From assembly GCA_015063485.1 (NCBI GenBank), contig SVUA01000006.1, positions 19,180 to 83,179 of the forward strand: a stretch of DNA of 64,000 nucleotides, in the 5' to 3' direction. This document shows, piece by piece, positions 45,121-54,361 of this stretch; position 1 is the stretch's first letter; every line of letters begins with the position of its first letter. Both the position numbers and the translations under genes were made by a program. This DNA comes from Oscillospiraceae bacterium. GTDB lineage: Bacteria; Bacillota; Clostridia; Oscillospirales; CAG-272. Under the pieces are notes generated by a model that worked only from the letters and a program-made list of their open reading frames with translations, searched no databases and had not been told where the DNA came from.

Positions 45121-46423
45121 ATTCTTCTTCCTCCGTATTCGCGCCGCCTTGCAAAGTACCCTCTACAAAGAAAACCGTATCAAGAGTCGTATTTTTGGCT
45201 ATATCGATAACGTCGTCAAGCGTAACACAACGAAGCATCTTTAGCGTATCCTCGATAGTGTCATTTATACCGAACATTCTTCTCGTAGCATAGAACGATT
45301 GAAGGTCAAGGGGGCTGTCAAATATCTGCTTATAAGAGTTTTCAAGCGAGCGCACCGCCGAGCTGAACTCCGCATCACTTATTTTTCCTTCTCTGATGTT
45401 ATCAAGTTGAGCAAGGATCTCCCGTTCAGCCTTTTCACGATTTTGTACTTCGATACCGCTTGATACGATAACATCTCCCGAATATATGCTGTAAGTAGAC
45501 GAGCAATAATAGCAAAGGCTTAATTTTTCACGAACGTTCATAAAAAGCTTCGATAACGGAGAAGCGCCAAATATCTCGTTAAAAACAAGAGCTGCGAAAT
45601 ATTTGTTATCTTTCTCGCCTATGCATACTCCCGTTCCAAAGCCAAGCGTAAGCTTTCCTTGAGATACGGGCATAGCTTCGCTTTCCGACAAAAGAGGCAA
45701 TGTTGGACGAGGTTTTGGAAGGATAGGCGTATATACGTTTTCAGGAGAATATTCATCAAAAACAAGAGATATCCTTTTAGACAGCTCCTCTATATCCTCA
45801 TTTCCGATATAAAAAACATCTATCGCCGAAGAATCTATGATATTAAGCAAATGCTCGTAAAGGCTTTTCTCATCTGCGTTTTCTATATGGCGCTTTAATC
45901 GCTCGGTTGTAGGATAATCATTTTCGAGACGATACATTCTTTCATAACAACGCTTTAGAGCATAAAGACGAGTATTGTTTATCTCTGAATTCAAATAATC
46001 CAACGCTATCTTTTTTTCTTGCGCAACTATATCGGGCAAAAATATTCCGTTTTTCAAGAGAGGATGAAAAACAAGGTCAGAAATAACGTTAAGTACACCC
46101 GAAAGCACGTTGCAGTTGTCCGTTATATAGCGGTCGTCCAAAAATTCTGCGGTAATTATAAGCGAGAGATTTTTAGCGTTTTGGGCGCTTCTTATCTCAA
46201 TACTCGCCGCATATAGCTCGTCCAATCTTTTGTTAAGAGCTGAAAGTGAGGGGTAGCTTTTTGTACCTCTTCGCATAACTCCCGCAAGTAAGGTATTATA
46301 CGCGAAATTTTTCGAAGTCAGAGGAATAGTCAGCGTAAATGTCAATATACCCGTTTTAAACCTGTCGGTCTTGATCGCCGACAAACGTATAGAATCGGAA
46401 ATAACAGATGTTTGTAAGGTCAT
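45113..46423 (-). CDS. M16 family protein lacking the HxxEH motif (non-catalytic partner, YmfF-like)
   Basis: Reads LLAGVMRRGT where HxxEH would be. It overlaps the downstream M16 gene by 8 nt (ATGAATAA). Confidence 0.75.
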   Translation of the reverse strand: MTLQTSVISDSIRLSAIKTDRFKTGILTFTLTIPLTSKNFAYNTLLAGVMRRGTKSYPSLSALNKRLDELYAASIEIRSAQNAKNLSLIITAEFLDDRYITDNCNVLSGVLNVISDLVFHPLLKNGIFLPDIVAQEKKIALDYLNSEINNTRLYALKRCYERMYRLENDYPTTERLKRHIENADEKSLYEHLLNIIDSSAIDVFYIGNEDIEELSKRISLVFDEYSPENVYTPILPKPRPTLPLLSESEAMPVSQGKLTLGFGTGVCIGEKDNKYFAALVFNEIFGASPLSKLFMNVREKLSLCYYCSSTYSIYSGDVIVSSGIEVQNREKAEREILAQLDNIREGKISDAEFSSAVRSLENSYKQIFDSPLDLQSFYATRRMFGINDTIEDTLKMLRCVTLDDVIDIAKNTTLDTVFFVEGTLQGGANTEEEEYE

Positions 46424-46597
46424 ATTTACTCCCGTAATTTTTGTTTTAGAAACAATACTCCATATTAATAAAAAATATTATACACTAAAAATATGACTAA
46501 TTCAAAAATATTTTATTAATAAAATTCTCAAAAAAGGTAAATAAAGAAATCTTTATAAAAATATTTTTAAAGAACTCGAATATTCGCCGAGCTCTTC

Positions 46598-46626
46598 TTG
46601 ACAAAATTCGCAAAATATATTATAAT
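46598..46626 (+). promoter_or_regulatory. Sigma-A promoter of miaB (TTGACA-17 nt-TATAAT)
   Basis: -35 at 46598-46603 and -10 at 46621-46626, both matching consensus exactly. Confidence 0.6.
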
Positions 46627-46672
46627 ATTATAATTAGAGTAATTGTATCTTTCGGAAGGGAAATAATAAAGA

Positions 46673-48100
46673 ATGGCTGAAAAAAATAATACGATTTCAG
46701 TTGAAGAAATAGAAAAACAAAATAAATATATGGAGCTCATTCGAAAGGAAAACGACCTCTTCGAAGCCGAAAACGGCGTCAGAAGAAGGGCTTTCATTTT
46801 AACGCTTGGCTGTCAGCAGAATGAAGCCGATAGCGAAAAGCTTTCGGGTATGGCTTCAAAAATGGGATACGATATCGTTTACGAGCCAGATGAAGCATCT
46901 TTGATAATCGTAAACACTTGCGCAATACGTGAGCACGCAGAGCAAAGAGCGCTTTCGCTCGTAGGACAGTACAAGCATATCAAGGCAAGAAATCCCGATC
47001 TGAAGATCGTAATGTGCGGTTGTATGGTCGTTCAGGAGCACAGAATACAGGATATAAAAATGAAATATCCTTACGTTGATATTTTATTCGGAACTTCCTC
47101 GCTCCACCGCTTTCCGTCCCTTTTATATGAAAAGATGGAAAAGGGAAAACGCATATTCTATCGTGACGAAAAGGAATACGCAGTAGCCGAGGGCTTACCG
47201 ATACGCCGTGAAAACAGATTCAAGGCATGGGTGTCTGTCATGTACGGCTGTAACAATTTCTGCTCGTATTGTATCGTTCCGTACGTCAGAGGACGTGAGC
47301 GAAGCAGAAAAATGGAAGAAGTCGTAAAGGAGATACGAGAGCTTGTAAACAGTGGTTATAAGGATATCACTTTGCTTGGTCAAAACGTAAACTCTTACGG
47401 AAAAGACTTGGGACTTTCCTACGATTTTGCCGACCTTCTTTTTGAGATAGACAAAATTGACGGTGATTATCTTATCCATTTCATGACGAGCCACCCCAAA
47501 GACGCAAGTAAAAAGCTTATTGACGTTATGTCTGTGTCAAAGCATATAGCAAGACATTTCCATTTGCCGATGCAGGCGGGAAGCGACCGAGTTTTAAAGG
47601 TCATGAACCGTCGTTACGACTTTGAAAAATATATGGGTATCGTCGAATATATCCGAGAGAAAATGCCCGAATGTGTAATAACGTCGGATATTATCGTTGG
47701 ATTCCCGAGTGAAAGCGACGACGAGTTTGAAATGACGCTCGACGCGCTTAAAAAAGTTCGCTTTGACATGATATATTCGTTTATCTATTCACCAAGAAAG
47801 GGAACTCCCGCCGCTGAAATGGAGGAGCAGATATCCACAGACGAGAAGAAACGCCGAATGGACAAGCTTCTAAAGGTTCAAAACGAGATATCGCTTGAGC
47901 ATAATAAAGAGATGGTCGGAAAGACCGTCCGCGTTCTGTGCGATGGCTTGAGTAAAAACAACGATAGCGTATATAGCGGAAGAACAGAAGGCGGAAAAAT
48001 AGTTTTCTTTGACGGAGAGCTTTGCGACACGGGACGATTTTTAAATATAAAGATCGAAAGAGCGGATACTTTTGCTCTTTACGGAAATAAAATTGATTAA
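46673..48100 (+). CDS. miaB: tRNA-2-methylthio-N6-dimethylallyladenosine synthase
   Basis: UPF0004 N-domain (TLGCQQNEADSE), radical-SAM motif CNNFCSYCIVP, and a TRAM C-domain. Confidence 0.95.
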   Translation: MAEKNNTISVEEIEKQNKYMELIRKENDLFEAENGVRRRAFILTLGCQQNEADSEKLSGMASKMGYDIVYEPDEASLIIVNTCAIREHAEQRALSLVGQYKHIKARNPDLKIVMCGCMVVQEHRIQDIKMKYPYVDILFGTSSLHRFPSLLYEKMEKGKRIFYRDEKEYAVAEGLPIRRENRFKAWVSVMYGCNNFCSYCIVPYVRGRERSRKMEEVVKEIRELVNSGYKDITLLGQNVNSYGKDLGLSYDFADLLFEIDKIDGDYLIHFMTSHPKDASKKLIDVMSVSKHIARHFHLPMQAGSDRVLKVMNRRYDFEKYMGIVEYIREKMPECVITSDIIVGFPSESDDEFEMTLDALKKVRFDMIYSFIYSPRKGTPAAEMEEQISTDEKKRRMDKLLKVQNEISLEHNKEMVGKTVRVLCDGLSKNNDSVYSGRTEGGKIVFFDGELCDTGRFLNIKIERADTFALYGNKID

Positions 48101-48121
48101 CAAAAGAAAGGTAAAAATAAA

Positions 48122-48511
48122 ATGAACATTTTTGAACTTGCGGCGCAACTTGGAGATGCGCTTAAAAACGACGTAAGACTTAAAAGACTTGAGGCGGCAA
48201 AGACCGCTTATGAATCAGATCCCGAGCTTCAGAAGGCTCTCGTTGAGTACGGAGTACAGCAGCAGGCTCTTCAGGTAGAGATCACCCGAGAGGAGAGAGA
48301 TACCTTATTGGTAGACGCTATTCAGACAAGAATAGACGAGCTTTATAAGTATATAATGGAGCATCCCGCATTCGCAGAGCTTAACGAAGCTCAAGCAGAC
48401 GTAAATGTTCTTATGAACGAAGTAAACTCAACTATAACCTTCCATATCACAGGAGAGAAGCCTTCGTCTTGTACTCATGACTGCTCGACCTGCGGAGGCG
48501 GTTGCCACTAA
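48122..48511 (+). CDS. ymcA: YlbF/YmcA-family regulatory protein with C-terminal four-Cys tail
   Basis: A helical YlbF/YmcA-like sequence sitting between miaB and mutS, as ymcA does in B. subtilis. The tail reads CTHDCSTCGGGC. Confidence 0.7.
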   Translation: MNIFELAAQLGDALKNDVRLKRLEAAKTAYESDPELQKALVEYGVQQQALQVEITREERDTLLVDAIQTRIDELYKYIMEHPAFAELNEAQADVNVLMNEVNSTITFHITGEKPSSCTHDCSTCGGGCH

Positions 48512-48545
48512 AAAGCAAAAACAAATTCTGTTTCTTCGGAGGAAA

Positions 48546-51143
48546 ATGCTCATGACTCCAATGATGGAGCAATATTTTGAAGTTAAAAACAAATATAAAG
48601 ACTATATCCTTTTTTACCGTCTCGGCGACTTTTACGAGATGTTTTTCGACGACGCAATAATTGCGTCCCGTGAGCTTGAGCTTACTCTTACGGGAAGAGA
48701 CTGCGGCGAGAAAGAACGCGCACCTATGTGCGGAGTGCCTTTTCACAGCTCGGAGGGGTATATCGGAACGTTGATAGAAAAAGGCTACAAGGTCGCTATC
48801 TGCGAGCAGATGGAAGACCCGTCTCAAGCAAAAGGACTTGTTCGCCGTGACGTAATACGAGTAGTTACCCCCGGAACACTCATAGAGGCAAATCTGCTTT
48901 CGGATAAGAAAAACAATTATCTTGCCTCGGTCTATATGACAGAATACGAATGCGGAATAGCTTTTTCGGATATTTCAACGGGACAGATATTTGCAACGTC
49001 GTTTTATGGCGACTCTATTGCAACGCGTTTGAAAAACGAGCTTGGCACTTATTCTCCCAAAGAGGTAGTTACTAATTTAAGCGCGTCAAAGCTTGGCGAC
49101 ATTTCCGAGTTTATCCGTGAGCGATTAAACGCCATGCTTACTGACAACAGACCTACCGATTTCGAGCTTTACGAGGCAAAGAAGCGCATAGGCGCGCAAT
49201 TTGACGAATCTGTCTTAAAGGAAGACCTGTTTGAGAATAAGCCTCTCGTTTGCGCTCTTGGCGGTTTGCTCGTTTATATTGCCGAAAACCAAAAAGGAGA
49301 TATTTCTTATATTAAAGACCTCAATATTTATTCCGACGGACAGTTTCTTGAAATGGATATAAATACCCGTCGAAATCTTGAGCTTACCGAGACTATGAGA
49401 GCCAAGGATAAAAAGGGCTCGCTTCTCGGCGTTCTTGATAAAACGCGAAGCGCGGCGGGCGCAAGACTTCTGCGCCAATGGGTAGAACATCCGCTCATAA
49501 ACACGGGCGCGATAGTAAAAAGACAAAACGCCGTGGAAGAGCTTTTCGGAAATTATATTCTCCGTGAGGAGATAGGCGCGCTTCTCGACAACGTTCTTGA
49601 CCTTGAGCGTCTCGTTACGAGGATAGTTTACGGAACGGCAAACGCAAAGGATCTTCGCGCCGTATCCTCGACCATTTCAATTCTTCCCGAACTAAAAAAT
49701 CTTATTTCCGAATGTCGCTCAAATGAACTGTCGGAAATATATAACGAGCTTGAAACGCTTGACGATATTTACGATAAAATAGATTCTTCTATCGCTCAAG
49801 ACCCTCCTTTTTCAATACGCGAGGGCGGAATTATCGCCGAAGGCTATAATGCAGACGTCGATAGCTTACGCGCTATAATGCGGGACGGCAAAGGCTGGAT
49901 AGAAAAGGTCGCCGCCGAAGAGCGCGAACGCACGGGAATAAAAACTTTGAAAATAGGATATAACAAGGTGTTTGGATACTATATAGAGGTATCGCGTTCC
50001 TTTATCGACCAAGTTCCCGATACATATATCCGCAAACAAACGCTTACCAACGGAGAGCGTTACATAACCCAAGAATTAAAAAATATGGAATCGACCATAC
50101 TCGGAGCTACCGACAAGGTAAATTCTCTTGAATACGAGATATTCTGTGAGACGAGAAATTTCGTTTCGGAGAATAGCGCGCGTATTCAAAAAGCGGCGAT
50201 GCTCATGGCAAAGCTCGACGTGTATTTGAGTCTTGCTTCGGTTGCCGCAAAGAATAAATACATAAAACCCGAGGTCGACGAGAGCGACGTTATATACATA
50301 AAGGACGGACGTCACCCCGTTGTCGAGCAGTTCGTAAAGGACAGCTACTTCGTTCCAAACGACGCGGAGCTTGATACGAACAGAAACCGACTCATGCTCA
50401 TAACAGGTCCTAATATGGCGGGTAAATCGACGTATATGCGACAGATAGCCGTAATTTGCGTTATGGCGCAGATAGGCTCTTTCGTTCCCGCGTCCGATGC
50501 CCGTCTGGGCGTTATCGACAAGCTTTTCACGCGTGTCGGCGCATCCGATGATCTGGCTTCGGGGCAATCCACATTTATGCTTGAAATGAACGAGGTCGCG
50601 TATATACTTCGCAACGCAACCAAGAAGAGCCTTATTATTTACGACGAAGTCGGAAGAGGAACTTCGACCTTTGACGGCATGAGTATAGCTCGCGCTATCG
50701 TTGAATATACCAATAGCCGAAAGATAGGCGCAAAGACCTTGTTCGCAACGCATTATCACGAGCTTACCTCAATGGAGGACGAGCTTGAGGGCATCGTAAA
50801 TTACAATATCGCGGCTAAAAAGCGCGGAGATAATATCACGTTCCTCCGAAAGATAGTAAGAGGCTCTACCGACGATAGCTATGGAATAGAGGTCGCAAAG
50901 CTCGCGGGACTTCCGAATGAGGTCATAAAGCGCGCAAAAGAAGTCTTACTGTCGGTCGAAAAGACGGCAAAAGCCATCAGTACGTCAGAGCACGTCGAGG
51001 AAGAGAAGGACGATACGCTTATCAGCTTCGACGATTGTATCAAAGAGCAAGTAATTGAAGAATTAAAGGCGATAGACATAAATACCTTGTCTCCGTACGA
51101 GGCTATGAGTTTTTTGTTCGGTTTGCAAAAGAGATTAAAATAA
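48546..51143 (+). CDS. mutS: DNA mismatch repair protein MutS
   Basis: TPMMEQYFEVK N-terminus, Walker A GPNMAGKST, and STFMLEM. The ATG at 48546 or 48552 follows GGAGG. The listed start at 48477 overlaps ymcA. Confidence 0.95.
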   Translation: MLMTPMMEQYFEVKNKYKDYILFYRLGDFYEMFFDDAIIASRELELTLTGRDCGEKERAPMCGVPFHSSEGYIGTLIEKGYKVAICEQMEDPSQAKGLVRRDVIRVVTPGTLIEANLLSDKKNNYLASVYMTEYECGIAFSDISTGQIFATSFYGDSIATRLKNELGTYSPKEVVTNLSASKLGDISEFIRERLNAMLTDNRPTDFELYEAKKRIGAQFDESVLKEDLFENKPLVCALGGLLVYIAENQKGDISYIKDLNIYSDGQFLEMDINTRRNLELTETMRAKDKKGSLLGVLDKTRSAAGARLLRQWVEHPLINTGAIVKRQNAVEELFGNYILREEIGALLDNVLDLERLVTRIVYGTANAKDLRAVSSTISILPELKNLISECRSNELSEIYNELETLDDIYDKIDSSIAQDPPFSIREGGIIAEGYNADVDSLRAIMRDGKGWIEKVAAEERERTGIKTLKIGYNKVFGYYIEVSRSFIDQVPDTYIRKQTLTNGERYITQELKNMESTILGATDKVNSLEYEIFCETRNFVSENSARIQKAAMLMAKLDVYLSLASVAAKNKYIKPEVDESDVIYIKDGRHPVVEQFVKDSYFVPNDAELDTNRNRLMLITGPNMAGKSTYMRQIAVICVMAQIGSFVPASDARLGVIDKLFTRVGASDDLASGQSTFMLEMNEVAYILRNATKKSLIIYDEVGRGTSTFDGMSIARAIVEYTNSRKIGAKTLFATHYHELTSMEDELEGIVNYNIAAKKRGDNITFLRKIVRGSTDDSYGIEVAKLAGLPNEVIKRAKEVLLSVEKTAKAISTSEHVEEEKDDTLISFDDCIKEQVIEELKAIDINTLSPYEAMSFLFGLQKRLK

Positions 51144-51176
51144 ACAACTAAAATAATTTTTGAAAGGAGTTTGAAT

Positions 51177-53183
51177 ATGGGAAAGATAAACGTTTTGTCA
51201 TTTGCCGTCGCCAATTTAATAGCCGCGGGCGAGGTCGTTGACCGTCCCGCTTCGGTAATAAAAGAACTCCTTGAAAACGCAATAGACTCAGGGGCAGACC
51301 GTATCACCGTTGAGATACAAAACGGCGGAGTAACTTATATGCGCGTTTCGGATAACGGTTGCGGAATGTCCGCGGAAGACCTTCCCGTATCTATTCGCCG
51401 TCATGCGACGAGTAAGATAAAGAACGCCGAGGACTTAAACGGAATACTGACTCTTGGTTTCAGAGGCGAGGCTCTCGCGGCTATCGCGTCGGTTTCCGAT
51501 ATCCGTATAATCTCAAAGACTGCGGACGCGCAAAGCGGAGCTATGCTTGAAGCGCGAGGCGGAGAGATAATTGGCGTTACCGAACGCGCCGCTTCAAACG
51601 GAACGACGGTCATCGTCGAAAATCTGTTTGCAAACGTTCCCGCAAGAAGAAAGTTCTTGAAAAAGGACGTTACCGAGGCTATGGCTATAAGCGCGGTCGT
51701 CGAAAAAATCGCTCTTTCCAAACCCAATATAGCTTTCCGACTTATCGTTGATGGAAACGTTCGCATAGACACGGTCGGAGACGGAACGCTTAAGACCGCG
51801 ATATATTCAATTTTCGGCAAGGATTTTGCGTCAAAGCTCATACCCGCCGAAAATAATACAGAGGGAATAAAGGTTCACGGATTTATAGGTCGTTCGGATA
51901 ACGTTCGCGCAAACCGAAATTATCAAAACTTCTTTATAAACGGCAGATACGTAAAGAGCCGTACCGCAGGCGCGGCAATAGAGCAGGCATATACCTCGTA
52001 TATACCGCCCGAGAAATTTCCGTGTTGTATCCTTTTCATAGAGATCAATCCCGCAACCGTTGACGTAAACGTACACCCCGCAAAGCTTGAGGTAAAGTTC
52101 TCCAACGAAAAGCCCGTGTTTGAGGCAATATATTACGCCGTGCGTAACTCCTTGGAAACAAATACGACAAGACCGAGCGTGACCTTGAATTCTCCACGCA
52201 CATGGACGTCTCAGGGAAAGGTCTCGGATTCTTCAACGCCCATAGTAGAGGAACGAAGCGAATCTTTAAAGAAAAGACAGATAGAATCGGAGCTTTATCT
52301 TGATAAAAAGATAACCGAAATGCCTGTTTTCAAAAATAACGAAACAAAGCGAATCGATAAGCAAGAGGCAAATTCCGCTTTTTCTAAAATGACCGCTTCG
52401 GAATACGTAAAAACTTTTTCGTCAAGCAATTCACAAGAAGTATCCAAAAAGCCGCTTGACGTCAAAACCGAAGAGCCAAAAGTTTTCGAAAAAGAAAAAA
52501 ACGTCAAAGAAACTCCAAAACCAATAGAACAAACCGTTACAAAACCGATAGAGCCTCCCGCCGAAGTAAAAACAGAGACCGTTTATAAAAAGGTTGAACA
52601 AAAGCTTAATTACAGAATCATCGGAGAAGCTTTTAACGCTTACGTCGTAGTAGAGGTTGGAGACCGTATGCTCGTTATAGATAAGCACGCGGCGCATGAA
52701 AGAATAATCTTCGAGCAATTAAAGGCAGGAATGAAAAACGACGACAGAGCATCGCAAATGCTTATGCTGCCCATAGAGGTGATGCTCACGTCCGACGAAA
52801 TACATATCATATCTCAATACTCTGCGGAAATAGAAGCCATAGGCTTTGAATTTACAACGGGTAAATATACCGTAAGCGTTACTGCCATTCCCGAAGGCAT
52901 AAGCACCGACGCGGTGGGAGATATGTTCGCAGTGATCGCAGACCGTATAAAGAACAATACGGGCTCGGCTAAGCTTACAAGAGATATAATTTTTGAGAAA
53001 GCATTATATCAGGCATCGTGTAAGGCGGCTATAAAGGCGGGAAGAGAATATCCACCCGAATACGTAAAATGGCTTGTGGATCGCTTGATGGAGCTTCCCG
53101 ATATAACAGTTTGTCCACACGGCAGACCCGTCGCTATGGAGCTGTCTAAAAAAGATCTTGACCGTCAGTTTGAAAGAACGTGA
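51177..53183 (+). CDS. mutL: DNA mismatch repair protein MutL
   Basis: IAAGEVVDRPASVIKELLENAIDSGA GHKL ATPase motif, and a C-terminal endonuclease-type domain. Confidence 0.95.
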   Translation: MGKINVLSFAVANLIAAGEVVDRPASVIKELLENAIDSGADRITVEIQNGGVTYMRVSDNGCGMSAEDLPVSIRRHATSKIKNAEDLNGILTLGFRGEALAAIASVSDIRIISKTADAQSGAMLEARGGEIIGVTERAASNGTTVIVENLFANVPARRKFLKKDVTEAMAISAVVEKIALSKPNIAFRLIVDGNVRIDTVGDGTLKTAIYSIFGKDFASKLIPAENNTEGIKVHGFIGRSDNVRANRNYQNFFINGRYVKSRTAGAAIEQAYTSYIPPEKFPCCILFIEINPATVDVNVHPAKLEVKFSNEKPVFEAIYYAVRNSLETNTTRPSVTLNSPRTWTSQGKVSDSSTPIVEERSESLKKRQIESELYLDKKITEMPVFKNNETKRIDKQEANSAFSKMTASEYVKTFSSSNSQEVSKKPLDVKTEEPKVFEKEKNVKETPKPIEQTVTKPIEPPAEVKTETVYKKVEQKLNYRIIGEAFNAYVVVEVGDRMLVIDKHAAHERIIFEQLKAGMKNDDRASQMLMLPIEVMLTSDEIHIISQYSAEIEAIGFEFTTGKYTVSVTAIPEGISTDAVGDMFAVIADRIKNNTGSAKLTRDIIFEKALYQASCKAAIKAGREYPPEYVKWLVDRLMELPDITVCPHGRPVAMELSKKDLDRQFERT

Positions 53184-53210
53184 CACTAAAAACAGAAAGG
53201 ATACTTATAA

Positions 53211-54347
53211 ATGTTTGAATTATTAGCAAAGGACGGAAGAGCGCGCAGAGGCGTGCTTCATACCGTACACGGAGACATACAGACCCCCGTGTTCATGAAC
53301 GTAGGAACTTGCGCCGCAATAAAGGGCGGTGTTTCTACAAGAGAGCTTATAGATATAAATTGTCAGGTCGAGCTTTCAAACACCTACCATTTGCATCTCC
53401 GTCCGGGCGATAAGCTCATATACGAAATGGGCGGACTTCATAAATTTATGAATTGGCAACGCCCCATACTTACCGATAGCGGAGGATTTCAGGTATTTTC
53501 TTTGTCACAGCTGCGTAAAATAACTGAGGAGGGAGTTCGCTTTGCTTCTCATATTGACGGTAAACGAATTTTTATGGGACCGGAGGAAAGTATGCAGATC
53601 CAGTCCCACCTTGCCTCCACGATAGCTATGGCTTTCGACGAGTGTATCGAGAACCCCGCTCCTTACGACTACGTCAAGCAGTCGTGCGCGAGAACGGCAA
53701 GATGGCTCGTTCGATGCAAAAATGAAATGGACAGGCTCAATTCTTTGCCCGAAACGATAAATAAAAACCAAATGCTTTTCGGTATAAACCAAGGCGGAAC
53801 GTACGAGGATCTTCGAATAGAGCATATGCAGACTATAGCGGAGCTCGATCTTAACGGTTACGCTATCGGCGGACTTGCCGTAGGCGAAGCAACTGAAGAT
53901 ATGTACCGCATAATCGACGCGGTCGAGCCTTATATGCCTACAAATAAGCCGAGATATCTTATGGGAGTAGGAACTCCCTGTAATATACTTGAAGCAGTTC
54001 ACATGGGTGTCGATTTCTTTGACTGCGTAATGCCAAGCCGTAACGCAAGACACGGAAATCTCTTTACGTGGCACGGAAAGATGAATCTGCTCAATGAAAA
54101 GTACGCAAAAGATCCCCGTCCTTTCGACGAGGGCTGCGGCTGTTCCGCTTGCAGAAATTACAGCCGTTCTTATATAAGACATCTCATTAAGGCAAAGGAA
54201 TCGCTCGGAATGAGACTTGCCGTTACGCATAATCTTTATTTTTATAACGAGCTGACCCAAAAGATAAGAGACGCGCTTGACGGTGGATATTTTGAAAGCT
54301 TTTATCAGAAATACAGAAACATTTTGGGAGAGCGTTCCCAAGATTAA
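53211..54347 (+). CDS. tgt: Queuine tRNA-ribosyltransferase
   Basis: TPVFMNVGT, LTDSGGFQVFS, and the zinc motif CGCSAC..YSRSYIRHL. Confidence 0.95.
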   Translation: MFELLAKDGRARRGVLHTVHGDIQTPVFMNVGTCAAIKGGVSTRELIDINCQVELSNTYHLHLRPGDKLIYEMGGLHKFMNWQRPILTDSGGFQVFSLSQLRKITEEGVRFASHIDGKRIFMGPEESMQIQSHLASTIAMAFDECIENPAPYDYVKQSCARTARWLVRCKNEMDRLNSLPETINKNQMLFGINQGGTYEDLRIEHMQTIAELDLNGYAIGGLAVGEATEDMYRIIDAVEPYMPTNKPRYLMGVGTPCNILEAVHMGVDFFDCVMPSRNARHGNLFTWHGKMNLLNEKYAKDPRPFDEGCGCSACRNYSRSYIRHLIKAKESLGMRLAVTHNLYFYNELTQKIRDALDGGYFESFYQKYRNILGERSQD

Positions 54348-54361
54348 AAAAGGAGAACGAT

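Noticed and set aside
48477-48545. An N-terminal extension of MutS overlapping the end of ymcA. Analogous upstream extensions are listed for tadA (21631), glgD (11013), glgC (9812), pgeF (20882), yabP (7305) and the hemZ-like gene (1557).
   Set aside because: The extensions begin at non-ATG codons inside the preceding gene or its RBS. In each case the conserved protein N-terminus begins at an internal ATG preceded by a GGAGG-type RBS.
53505-54341. A 278-aa minus-strand ORF inside tgt. Similar antisense ORFs occur inside mutS (50076-50759), glyQS (57686-58288), glgA (12337-12897), glgP (13970-14542), greA (29250-29900) and tex (32353-32970).
   Set aside because: All are fully embedded antisense in genes with unambiguous conserved motifs. 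None has an RBS or any recognisable domain.
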